From Octopus vulgaris (Eukaryota), in assembly GCA_951406725.2 (NCBI GenBank), contig OX597816.1, positions 100,626,001 to 100,690,000 on the forward strand: a DNA stretch of 64,000 bases. Reading direction: 5' to 3'. Below are positions 1 through 11,377 of this stretch, in pieces (within the stretch, counting starts at the first letter, position 1; each line of letters opens with the position of its first letter). The translations under genes were made by a program, and so were the position numbers. Under the pieces are notes generated by a model that saw only the letters and a program-made list of their open reading frames with translations, ran no database searches and was not told the DNA's origin.

Positions 1-680
1 CTTAGCATAACTACAGATACCAACCTGATGGTTGTCAATTTCCTAGATGTATCCTTAGATCTAAATAAGAATATTTATGAACCTTATAGGAAGCCCGGTG
101 ATAGACTTAGTTATATTAATGTGGGTTCCTGCCATCCCCCCATGGTGTTTAAAAATTTAGTTAAAAACATTAGCAGAAGAATTTCTAGCCTCTCCTCCGA
201 TAGGGACATTTTCAATAGCATTACCCCAGTATATAATAATGCTTGCTCTAAAAGATAGTGGATTTAGCAAGGAAATAACCTATAGATCTGTCACCAGTCC
301 AGTAATAAATAAAAGGAAACATATGAATAGGAAAACTATCTGGTTCACTCACCCCTACTCCCCCCAAAGTGACCATTAATATAGGAATTTCAAGGCCAGG
401 TTCAACAATCACACCTTGAGCTTCAGGCACTGGGATAAAAGGAAAAGGACCAAAATTATCCAGTCATATATGGTCCTTAAAAGATAAAGGTGTCAATTAC
501 AATACGTTGGAAGATCTTAACCAAGTGTAAGCCTTACACTAATGGCAGTAGAAAGTGCGGTCTTTGTGATATGGAAAGATGGCTCATCTGGAAAAGCAGC
601 TTAGACCTTGCTACATGTCGAAATTCAAGAACTGAACTTTTTGGATCATGTTCACATAGCTAAATATTTGTTACATTTTT
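1..680 (+). mobile_element. Penelope-like retroelement (PLE) ORF remnant: RT thumb/linker plus C-terminal part of the GIY-YIG endonuclease region, internally deleted and frameshifted
   Basis: ORF 28-258 reads VNFLDVSLDL..YEPYRKPGDRLSYINVGSCHPP..ISRRISSLSS, typical of PLE RT C-terminus. NRKTIWFTHPYS (~325-360) then jumps to FKARFNNHTLSFRH..KLSSHIWSLKDKG..WKILTKCKPYTNGSRKCGLCDMERWLI..NSRTELFGSCSH (~388-657), the PLE endonuclease C-terminus. Confidence 0.88.
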
Positions 681-733
681 GGTCCCCCCAGGATCGCAGA
701 TAGAACCTGCTTTTTATATTGTGTCCATACATA

Positions 734-1147
734 GGTGTAGGAGTGGCTGTGTGGTAAGTAGCTTGCTTACGAACCACATGGTTCCGGGTTCAGTCCCACT
801 GCGTGTCACCGTGGGTAAGTGTCTTCTACTATAGCCTCGGGCCGACCAAAGCCTTGTGAGTGGATTTGGTTGACAGAAACTGAAAGAAGCCTGTCGTATA
901 AATGTATATATATATATATGTATGTGCATGTTTGTGTGTCTGTGTTTGTCCCCCCAACATCGCTTGACAACCGATGCTGGTATGTTTACATCCCCGTAAC
1001 TTAGCGATTCGGCAAAAGAGAGACCGATAAAATAAGTACTAGGTTTACAAAGAATAAGTCCTGGGGTCAATTTGATCGACTAAAGGCGGTGCTCCAGCAT
1101 GGCCACAGTCACATGACTGAAACAAGTAAAAGAGAGTAAAGAGAGTA
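734..1147 (+). mobile_element. tRNA-derived SINE (octopus-type) with internal (TA)/(TG) microsatellite
   Basis: A-box-like TGGCTGTGTGG and B-box-like GGTTCAGTCCC head; near-identical second copy at 1217; ends in GAAACAAGTAAAAGAGAG simple tail. Confidence 0.9.
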
Positions 1148-1216
1148 TCTAAGCATTTTATCTCTCTATACTTTTTTTATATATATTTTTTATATATTTT
1201 CTACGAGTGGCTTATA

Positions 1217-1586
1217 GGCGCAGGAGTGGCTGTGTGGTAAGTAGCTTGCTAACCGACCACATGGTTCCAGGTTCAGTCCCACTGCGTGGCATCTTGGGCA
1301 AGTGTCTTCTGCTATAGCCCCGGGCCGACCAATGCCTTGTGAGTGGATTTGGTAGACGGAGACTGAAAGAAGCCTGTCGTATATATGTATATATATATAT
1401 ATATGTGTGTGTGTTTGTCCCCCTAGCATTGCTTGACAACCGATGCTGGTGTGTTTACGTCCCCGTCACTTAGCAGTTCGGCAAAAAAGAGACTGATGGA
1501 ATAAGTCGATTTGCTCGACTAAAGGCAGTGCTCCAGCATGGCCGCAGTCAAATGACTGAAACAAGTAAAAGAGAAAGAGAAAGAGA
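1217..1586 (+). mobile_element. tRNA-derived SINE, same family as 734-1147, with a ~30 bp deletion in the 3' half
   Basis: Colinear with 734-1147 throughout; lacks the ACTAGG..CTGGGG segment after AATAAGT. Confidence 0.9.
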
Positions 1587-1615
1587 TATTTATAGATATA
1601 TTTTTCAGAACATCC

Positions 1616-2012
1616 CGCTGTGCTTGAGGAGACCTGTTGAGTCAAGAAATGATCATCGAAATAAATATCAATGGAAATAGTAGTTGTGATACCTGTACCA
1701 ATGGCACATAAAAAGCACCATCCGAACGTGGCCGATGCCAGCTCTGCCTTGGCTGGCTTCCGTGCCAGTGGCATGTTAAAAGCACCAACCGATCGTGGCT
1801 GATGACGGACTCCCCTGGCACCTGTGCAGGTGGCACGTAAAAAGCACCCACTACACTCGCGGAGTGGTTGGCTTTAGGAAGGGCATCCAGCTGTAGAAAC
1901 ACTGCCAGATCAGACTGGAGCCTGGTGCAGCCCCTGGCTTCCCAGACCCCGGTCGAACCGTCCAACCCATGCTAGCACAGAAAACGGACGTTAAATGAAT
2001 GATGATGATGAT
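1616..2012 (+). mobile_element. 3' end of RTE-clade LINE (or RTE-tailed SINE) with three ~60-65 bp internal repeats and (GAT)n tail
   Basis: Starts GCTGTGCTTGAGGAGACC, resembling the RTE ORF end at ~9855-9870; AAAAGCACC units; AGGAAGGGCATCCAGCTGTAGAAAC; ends CCAACCCATGCTAGC..GGACGTTAAATGAATGATGATG. Many other copies in the window. Confidence 0.85.
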
Positions 2013-2059
2013 TGCTTAATATATTTTTACACATTTTTACCTTTCACCCTGCATTTTTC

Positions 2060-2680
2060 TTGTGCATGGGTGTATATGGACGTGTTTATGAACATTTTTG
2101 TGTGTGTGTGCATGTGTGCGGGTATGTATATATGCACATGTGTATGGTTGCATATATACGTGGGTGTACATGCGAGTGTTCCACACGCGTGTGAGTGAGC
2201 ATATGCATATATAGCATGTTCATATTTTAGACATGTATTTGATAACTGTGCACATATGGGTGTGTGTGTGTGTGTGTATGTGTGTGTGCACGTGTGTGCA
2301 GATATACATATGTGTACATTGTGTGTGCGGGTATGTATATATGTACATGTACATGTGTATGGTTGCATATTTATGTAGGTGTACTTGCATGTGTTTCATG
2401 TGAGTGTGAGTGAGCATATAGCATGTGCATATTTTTAGACATGTATTTGAATATAACTGTACACGTATAGGTATGTGTACGTGTGTGTGTGTATGCGCAC
2501 GCATTTGTGTGGATATGTATACGTGTACATGCATGGTTGCAATATATGTGCATCTATTGGCATATGTGTAGGTGCACATGTATGTGTTTCATGCCAGTGT
2601 TAGTGAGCATATGCATATAGGCACATGTACGTGAGTGTGTGTGTGCTTGTGTATGTATGTACATGCACACATACGTGATT
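2060..2680. repeat. Alternating purine-pyrimidine minisatellite, ~3 degenerate units of ~180-210 bp
   Basis: GTGTGCGGGTATGTATAT..ATGGTTGCATAT..GTGAGCATAT recurs at ~2114, ~2323 and, more diverged, ~2505. Confidence 0.7.
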
Positions 2681-2865
2681 GCTATGAGCATTTTTACTTT
2701 TTTATTTTTTACTTCCTCCAGTTTTACTTTACTTTTTACTTCCTCCTCCAGTTTTTTCCCTTTATTTAATGATCATTCTAATAGCTCTTTTGTCTTAATA
2801 ATGGTCAATTACATAGTAATTTGCCTTTGTTTAACGGTCATTTTCCTAGCATATTTTGATTGCTT

Positions 2866-2931
2866 CGATAATAGAAGAGATGCCGGAGCAGGTTTCTGCA
2901 CCAACATCCGAAACTCAGAGTCTTATTATGG
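2866..2931 (+). ncRNA. Degenerate minimal type I hammerhead ribozyme in a probable PLE pseudo-LTR
   Basis: GATAATA-GAAGA (CT of CTGAAGA missing)-stem II GATGCCGGAGCAG/CTGCACCAACATC-GAAA(2910-2913)-near-palindromic ACTC.A.GAGT-GTC(2920-2922)-TTATTATGG, which pairs with upstream GATAATA. Confidence 0.6.
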
Positions 2932-3485
2932 CAACTGAATAATTGTCATGTATTATATTACAGATATATATATAAATATATGTATATTTTTTTTTTTCAA
3001 TAGAATTTTTTAAACTTATATTTTATCTGAGTATAACTTATATTTTAATATGAATGTGTATGTGAGTTAAAATATATGAATGATTTTTAATTCAAAATAC
3101 AGATTATTTGCACTTGTTAGTCTTAATAAATATTGAATTTTCTTTTCACCCTTCATTCAATAAGTCAATTAAGTATGGTGTCTTTTATATTTTGATCATA
3201 AAAATGCTAAGTCATTTATCCATCACGAATGCTATTTTCAATGTCTTTCTCTTTGTCATAAACATAATCAAATTTTACCTGTTGACAATTTGATGTGCTT
3301 TTATGTGAAAGACCTGTTGTTTATGCATTTCAAATCATAGTTGTTAAACTATTCCAGATGATAATTATGGCTCCAATTAGACATATGCTTCATAATATTT
3401 CTCTCTCTAATGAGTTGCTACAGATACATATAAGTATAAATTTTGTATACAATGTACACATCATTTCTTCAATATAAATAAGGTT

Positions 3486-3594
3486 GTCCTTTCAGGGTTG
3501 ATAAAATAAGTACCAGTGACATACTGGGGTCAATCTAATTGACTGGTCCCCTCCCCCAAAATTTCAGGTCTTGTGTCTTGAGTAGAAAAGAATA
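3486..3594 (+). mobile_element. 3' fragment of a SINE (GATAAAATAAGTACCAG..CTGGGGTC domain)
   Basis: Shares GATAAAATAAGTAC..CTGGGGTCAAT with SINE 734-1147; weaker copies near 12220 and 19500-19570. Confidence 0.65.
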
Positions 3595-4759
3595 TAAATA
3601 AGGTTGTATTTGTAAAGTATACAGGAAAATAAAAATTATTTGTTCAGTATGGTTTAGTTTGCTATAAACTGTCCTGTGCTATTAAAGGAGTCACCTCTAG
3701 ATACCAAAAAAATTTCTTGGGAAAGTTACCTTGGTAATCTATAGAATAGTATCAGACTAAATAATTTGCTGATCATACATCCAGTAATTTACGATATGCT
3801 ATAAATGCCTGATGACATTTAGAACTCTTTCTTCTTCTGGTACTTGTTACAATATTACTTTTGTTGAACTCTTGTGTATTAATAATAATATTATGACATT
3901 TTCCTTCATTGAAGGTATAATACTGCCAGATATACAGCTATGATTAGATAATTATTTTTGAACCTCAAGAATTATTACTGTTCATTGACTTTGCAATGTG
4001 CAATGAAAGCAAATAACTATACAAATTTAGGGGAGGAAAATGGAGAAACAAGAATAAAATATTTGAAAATTTAAGTTTAATTTAACTAAGGCATAATGTT
4101 TTCAGGATTAATACAAAGACAGGTTTTCTTTTTTATTTTTTTTAATGTATGAGAAAAGATTATAGAATTTAGAATTACATTTCTTAAACTGACCACCAGA
4201 TGAATTTAATCATTCTTCTCCTAAAAATTAAACAAACTACAAAGTATCAAGTATATACTAATATTGCCAGTCATAAAATGCCTAATTTTGATACTGCTGT
4301 TAATAATAATCTTAACATTACCTCAAGCTATATAATTTCTTCTTAGAAAGGAAAAGCACTGTAATAACAGGGTTCCTTAAATGTTAATCAATATTTTAAC
4401 TCAACATTCATTCTTATGGAAGAATATTTTGTATTGGCCTCTGAAACCAGCAAGGACCTTGAATCAGTAAGTTTGCTTTCACATAGTCACACATCTGCTC
4501 CTTCTAGTATTTCTAAAACAGGATCCCTTTATTTTCAGTCTTAAAATCATAGAATAACTTGTTGGGGAATAAAGTACAACTCAAACTGACTGTGATTTGG
4601 TCATAAAAAAGCAAGTAACTACCCCTGACATAGCTTTGCTTAAGAGATTGACCATAACTGCTTAGTATATTGATTTCCACTTAGGACAAGTTTTTTTTAT
4701 TGTCCAGTCTGTATATCATTCTTTCTCTCACTCTTTCCCCCCTCCCTCTCTTTTCTCTT

Positions 4760-4815
<56 letters not shown>

Positions 4816-7650
4816 CTGCTAGTACCAACAGTACAAGGTTAGATCATGGTAACAACTGCTATTCTATTTAGTACTCTACATTCGAAAAGCAAGTTGACAT
4901 CAGAGGTAACTAGAATTAATTAATGCTGAGATATTAGACTGTGTCACTGGTGATGTTTGATATAGTACTGATACTTACTAAGTGCTGAAATCATATATAT
5001 TACATTAAAGATAACATGATATCCACAATGTTCGCTTTTTCTTTTTATCAATGATAACTCAGTATCTAGACTACTTTCAGAATAAGCAATCAATAACAGT
5101 ACCAAACATAAGAAATATTAATTCCTTCAGTGTATAAAATTACTAACTTTTCTATGCCTTATTAACTTCAAAACATCTAACTGAAGCTATTCTATATTTT
5201 GGCCCAGTTTAATCTCTGAAGTGGATTATGAAAATTGAGAACGAAATGTGTAACCCCATCCTCATTCACTACTACAGAAAGCAATAAGATTATTGATCTT
5301 AATTATCAATATGTCATCAACAAAGATCTAAAGTTTTTGTTTTTTTTTTGTTTTTCCTTTTTGGTCATAGTCTTGTTGCTGCTCTTATTGCTGCTACATT
5401 TTCTACTTGATGTTATGTAGTTGTTTTTGTTGTTGATTAGATGTGAGTTAATTTTGTTTCTTTAATATTGTCCTCCTGTATAGATTGCTATTTAACTGAT
5501 GAAGCTAAGAAGAAATATTATAGTTTGTTAGACTTTTGGCCAATCTTTCAATATTGGATTGATTTATAGAAACATCACTGATTAGTGCAGCTGAGTCACT
5601 TGATAGGTTTGTCATTCAATTAAACATTTCTGATTTTGAAAAGATTTTTAACTTCAATGTTTCTATCACTTAGAAACTCTGATTTTGAAAGGATTTATTT
5701 GAAAATCCAGTCTAGTTTGGTTGCTCATTCAACAACTACCTTCTTTCACTGCTTCTCTGCATCTTTTTTCTTGTTATCCTTCACCTACAGCTTCTCTGCC
5801 ACTTCATCCTCTCATCTCTCTGGCTTACCCATCCCCATAACTCCTACACCTTTCTTTTGGTGACTCTGGAACCTCAACACCTTCATTTATGATTTCCCTT
5901 AGGCATAGCAATACAAATAACCACTTATTAGAATTCAATATACATATGCTTTACAATTAAACATTAGTCTAGTAAGAGTTACAGTCTTTATGACTAAAGA
6001 TGTTCTTTATCAGTGCTTCTGTAACTCTTACTAGATTAATTTCATACTGTTAATTCATACAAAGTTGTAGTATGCAATAAAGCTATTAATTCAAAATTAA
6101 ATATACAACATTTATTGCTTTATCTATCCCTTATCTAACTAGATGATATTTTACAAATTGTTAGAGGAAATATTAAAAGTAATTTATATCTCTACATGAA
6201 ATATATAGTAATATTTTAACATTCTTGAACCGTATATAAAAGTATTTCATAGATATCAGTAATGTGTGTACACCTAAACTTTAGATTCATCTAAGACTTT
6301 CTAAAGCAGTAAAAAGAAACTGATAAAGTAGAACATCTTTGAAACATTTTGTGGTTTAATCCTCTACTGAAAGGAAATATATATTAATTAACTTGTATAC
6401 TGAATAACTTTTAGCTTGGTAAAATTCTTAATAATTTAATAATCTTGAAACATCCCATTCTTTGTAATTTCATTTCCTTAGAAAATATGGAACACAATTT
6501 ACACTTTGTTAATCTCTTTAATAATAATTTCTCTCCTATATTATATTTGTATTGTTTCTTGACAATTAGCTAGATTGTTATTCAAAGTGAGTTTAATCTA
6601 TATGTTCTGCATTCAGTGACAAGTTTTAAAAAGTAATAAAAATCAAAATATTGAAAGGATAAATTTATCAATTCAAGTCTTCTATAAAAGCTATGTTTCC
6701 CCACTTCAAGATGGGCTCCTGCATGTTGATTTATTTTTTAATTTATTCATAGCTTTCTGATTGGCCAACATATTTGTTGGTACTACTCTAAATAATATTT
6801 TGTTCGAATCATTTCAACAAACTTATTTTTTCCCATGATGTTTCAGTTCATAAAAACTGTTATCCAAAAAGAAACATTATAATACTGTTCAATATTGAAA
6901 GGATTTAATAAATGCAAAGAACTATACAATGAAATTCTTTAAAAGAAAATAACCTCAATTAATGGTTTCTGTTAGACAGTACTAGATGTCTACATTCATT
7001 TTCTGTTTATTTTTAAGTAGTGTAAATGGAGAATAAGCAAAGGCATCAATATTATTAACTCATTATATATATATTACCTCTTGTAAATTACTGCATAAAA
7101 AGTGTGTTCATGATGAGTGTTGCCTGAATGGATGGGAGATATAAAGTAGACTTAGAGTTGCATCATCTTCATTTCCTTCTTTGAGTCTAATAGAATGTTT
7201 AGTACTAAGATATTTTGAAGCTATATGTGAGATCTTTCATTATACATAACAGTTTGAAAATAGCTATGCAATTAAGTCACAGAAGAAAAATTGTGTTAGA
7301 GCAGTATTCATGATAAATGAACAATAATAGAGGCTCTTAATAACGAAGGCTACAACTTTTACAGTTGGAAGAAAGTTTTCTGTGACACTGTTTTTATTAG
7401 GTTAAAGAGATACTACTTTATACAAAGCTATATTCTTTATGTAACAATGCTAACTTCAAATACATTCGTTTATATAAACTTATATAACTAACTGGTTTGA
7501 ACTTTTCTCTTTAGCATCTCAAACATCTTTTCAGTCAGAAAACAAGCTTCACATAAATGAAGTATGTTATTTGAGTAATTTATACTTAGTGATATGTCAG
7601 ACCTTTGCTAGTAGCAAATTATTGATAATCTCTTCAACTTAAGTATGCTT

Positions 7651-7810
7651 ATCATCATCTTTTTAATGCCCAATTTTCCATGTTTGCATGGGTTAGACAG
7701 GAGTTGTTAAAGTGAATGTTTTACAACTGGATGCCCTTCCTTTCACCAGCCCTTATCCATTACCAAACAAAGTAATATTTTCCAATGGGCAGACAAGTTT
7801 TTGCAGAACA
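7651..7810 (-). mobile_element. Diverged RTE-type 3' tail
   Basis: ATCATCATC..TTTTCCATGTTTGCATGGGTTAGAC..CTGGATGCCCTTCCT is the reverse complement of the tail at 1870-2010. Confidence 0.7.
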
Positions 7811-8847
7811 TTGGAAATTTTTGACACACGAGGTCAAAACAAAGGATCACATGCTCTCTTGCACATACACATATTTATGTGTACATGCACACGCATGAGT
7901 GCGGGCACATGCACACACACACACACAATAACTAGTAAAATCAGTAGCAAATTATTTAAATAAAAGAATCTTAATGAACTTACAAAAACATTACTCAAAC
8001 ACATAATAATGAACCCTTAGTAAGTTCTGCTTTGATTTAATAAATTACACATATATAGTCTTATACATGATATCTTCCTTTGATTTTTCTATATATACAC
8101 AGTGATATACAGAAAGGCAGACAAATTATGTTAGATTTATTCAATAACTTCTCTTATCCAAATGCATTGCTTATTTTTTTCTAGTATTTATCACTTGATC
8201 TTGTTTCATAGAAAGAGACCGATTGTTTAGTATTTACTTAGTTTTCTTTGAATTTTGTTATCTTAAGAAATGCTTTTTATGCCTTTCTAGTTCTTTTTTT
8301 GTTTTCTTATTTTGATCAGTTTTATAGCTAACCTCATCCAATCAACTAGAACTGATAGTTTTGTCGATCATCTACAAAACTACAAAAAAGAAAATGTCAA
8401 AATTAGTGTATATGAAATAAAAATTTCTAACATCTGAGCTATTAGAAATATGCAGTATTTCTGTTTAGGTTCATGTCTCAGAAGTAAATGAATGGAGCAA
8501 TATCTTGGTGTAAGTCATATTTCCACTCTATAAGGACAATCTCTGCCTTTTTTCTCAATGTCTTTCATTGTAAATAGTTTGAGCCTCACTGCATAGTGCT
8601 ACTATTTACTTTAATGAATATATCATTTTACTTTGCTCCAGTATTTAGCTAAACATTTATATTTTTTTATCATTTTCTGTGTTTGTGAATCATTACTTAA
8701 TACTTGGATGGCTGACAACTGGAATAACTTAATTATTATTTTTAACTATTAATTAGGTCCTTATTGTTCATTGCAGATGGAAATCTAATACAAATATTAT
8801 AAATTATTTTGAAATGACTAACAAAATTAGTTTGACTTGTATAACAA

Positions 8848-8882
<35 letters not shown>

Positions 8883-8928
8883 TTATATATATGAATTTGT
8901 TTTGCAAGATACCTGATGTGAAACCATG

Positions 8929-9308
8929 TGTTATATTTTAAGATGGTAATTTTGCTTTTGTCGCTTTGCCTAATAAACATATGCACTATATATTTATTCG
9001 TCACTCATTTATTGTTTTTATTTTATCTTATGTCCATTGTCTGGAAATCTTTTGTCACACTTCTGGGACCTCTTCAGCAACCCTTTCCATCCACCTAGTC
9101 CATTCCATTCTCCAGAATGGACAAGGTGGTGCAGGAGGATACACATGGATGGAAAGGGTTGCTAAAGAGGTCACAGATGTGTGACATGATTTCCAGACAG
9201 TGGACATAAGATAAAATAAGAACAATAATAAACAAGTGAAGAACAAATATATAGTGCATGCATTTATTTGGCAAACAAAAAAAAAAAAATGACTATCCCA
9301 ACATGTAG

Positions 9309-9309
<1 letters not shown>
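8929..9309. mobile_element. Inverted-repeat element (arms ~8929-9093 and 9146-9309), each arm with a decayed HHR-like core; probable inverted PLE pseudo-LTR pair
   Basis: Arms are reverse complements by eye. Minus arm: CTGAAGA(9077-9071)-G-GTCCCAGAAGTGTGAC-AAAA. Plus arm: CTAAAGA(9162-9168)-G-GTCACA.GATG.TGTGAC. Confidence 0.7.
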
Positions 9310-9367
<58 letters not shown>

Positions 9368-9464
9368 GGGATCACAGAAAGGTTAACATAGAAAATGATA
9401 AACAAAGGAATATACAGGGAGTGAATGTTTTTAATGTGCAAGGGGATCTTTAGAAGTAGTATAT

Positions 9465-9890
9465 TGTTTCTGCTGCCTAGGGTGACCTAATTAGCAGTGG
9501 AGGAAAAGTTCTGAAAGTATAGTTGCTAGAATGAGAACTCCCAGAAGAAAGTTCAGTGAGTTATTATTCCTGTTGGTAAAAAGATCTTTCTCTCAGAATG
9601 AAAGACATTGTATAATAGTTGTGTACAAACAGCAATGCTACATGGTGGTGAAACATGGTCCATAAAAGCAAAGGATGTGAATGCCAGAAAGAAATGAAAT
9701 TAGCTGCTGGATGTGCAGTGTCAGTATTCATGTACAACAAAGTGCAAATGTGCCAATCCCTAATGTGGATGAAACTTTTGGAAGAGGGAGACCCAGGAAA
9801 ACATAAGATGAAGTAGTTAAAATAGAGGAGATAATAAAGATGATTGCAAATTTGCTGTGCTCAAGAAGACCTGTCCATCTCAGCAAAGAA
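9465..9890 (+). mobile_element. Decayed RTE-clade LINE fragment (RT C-terminal region to ORF end)
   Basis: Across frameshifts: LGDLISSGG..SESIVARMR..KFSELL..LYNSCVQTAMLHGGETWSI..ERNE..WMCSVSIHVQQS, then GRGRPRKT*DEVV. Confidence 0.8.
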
Positions 9891-10038
9891 TGAGATTCTA
9901 AAAGCATATCATTATTTACATTTGACGGATATTTGTCCTCATCTTGTTTGTTGTTAACACAACATTTGGGCTGATATACCCTCCAGCCTTCATCAGATGT
10001 CTTGGGGTATTTTCGAACCTGGGTTCTCATATGCCCTT

Positions 10039-10111
10039 GGGTATATGGCATAGTGGTTAAGAGTGTGGGCTACTAACCCCAAGATTCTGAGTTTGATTCC
10101 AAGCAGTGACC
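10039..10111 (+). promoter_or_regulatory. tRNA-derived head with Pol III A/B boxes (SINE head, not a functional tRNA)
   Basis: A-box TGGCATAGTGG (10046-10056); anticodon-arm-like GGG-CTACTAA-CCC; B-box-like AGTTTGATTCC (10090-10100) with a CpG-type change from GTTCGA. Confidence 0.7.
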
Positions 10112-10179
10112 TGAACAATAATAATAATAACATCAAAAAATACCTTAGGAGTGAGAATCCAGGTTTGAAATTTCCCCAA

Positions 10180-10225
10180 GACACCTGATGAAGGCTGGAG
10201 GGTTTATCGGCCAAAATGTTGTGTT
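10180..10225 (+). ncRNA. Degenerate minimal hammerhead ribozyme (mirror copy on - strand at ~9956-10001)
   Basis: Stem I GACAC/GTGTT; CTGATGA 10185-10191; stem II GGCTG/CGGCC; AAAATGTT in place of GAAACGTT, explained by two CpG transitions. Confidence 0.65.
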
Positions 10226-10304
10226 AACAACAAGCAAGATGAGGACAAATATCCGTCAAAGGTAAATAATGTACATAATTCTTCATCTCTTAAATATAGA
10301 ACTG

Positions 10305-10551
10305 CATATCATTTATGTCTATCCCTGTCTGTCCTTGACAAGCCTTTCTCAAAAAACATCTTTCTAACATGTCCCACTATCACATTTCTGACTACAGCAC
10401 TACTGACTTGTCTGTTATAATTATATGAGAACAGAACTACACACATTTCATTCATCTTTTCTGGAACCACTTCTTTTGTTATCCATCCAGTATTCTCTGT
10501 GTCATCTTTCATCACTTTATTTTCCCATGAACAACCTCTCATATCTACCAT
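10305..10551 (-). mobile_element. Highly decayed RTE-like LINE 3' ORF fragment
   Basis: ORF ..MRGCSWENKV..EKMNE..AVVRNVIVGHVRK..EKGLSRTDRDR weakly resembles RTE C-termini. Confidence 0.35.
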
Positions 10552-11377
10552 TGTAATTAAAGATGATAACTGTTTCTATGGTCATTATCTTGAGAAATGT
10601 ATGTTATATTATCAGTGTATGTGTTGTGTATTTACTGTTAATATTCAAAGTTGAGAAATTTGTACAAAAGTGTGTGAAGGTCTTACTTGAGAGGTCACAA
10701 GGGATAATACCATCTATAATTATATTAATATGTAACCACTACTAAAATTTGATTTACTTCCAGAAGAATTAGGATGTCTTGTTTTTAATTATTAGGTCAC
10801 ATTCATTTGATTTGTGGTAAATAATGTAGTAAAAGATGTCATAAAGTACTGATGTGACCTCATTCAGCTGGATCTCTATGATATTATTAGCTGATTAACT
10901 GTTTCTCTTTCTCTTTTCTTTTTTTTAATTTGATATCTGATTTGCATTGAAGCACTTAAATATAGTTTCTCCATTTCCTATATCTCATCTATTATTTCTC
11001 ACATCAAACATATACTAGATACAATCAATGAATTGGTGAGAGTGCATAATGAGCAACATGAGAAGACCAATGTATCTAATAGCATAATGAGAAATAGTAA
11101 ATTTCTTGCAGTTTTGTATGAAAGAAACTTCTTAAGTGTTGAAAATAAGACATTCATGAAGTATTCAATTTATATAAAAATTAACTAATAGATTGTTGTA
11201 TTTACTTTCTCAATCTATTATATAGCACTATGTCACATATGCTTGTAAACATACATATTTGTGTATGTGGGTAGGTATGTGTATGAATTTGTGCAAGTTG
11301 GTGTTTGTCAAGGCCTAGTTTTCATTTCCCTTCTATTACAATTCTCCAAGCTATAACAGAGGAGTTAAAGACCAGCT

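Larger units (their letters stand above)
9910..10302 (+). mobile_element. tRNA-headed element with PLE-like HHR-bearing 3' tail and an inverted copy of that tail on its 5' side
   Basis: Arms 9910-10030 and 10151-10271 are reverse complements. Centre 10039-10111 is tRNA-like, followed by (AAT)n. Each arm carries CTGATGA-A-GGCTG..C(A/G)GCC-(A/C)AAA-TGTT. Confidence 0.8.

Noticed and set aside
5496-5530. CTGATGA..GAAA possible hammerhead (also isolated CTGATGA near 1799, 3809, 15916, 20122, 57792)
   Set aside because: No convincing stem II, stem I or NUH arrangement; expected by chance.
10039-10111. tRNA gene with ACT anticodon
   Set aside because: Poor acceptor and T stems, mutated B box, embedded in a repeat; treated as a SINE head.
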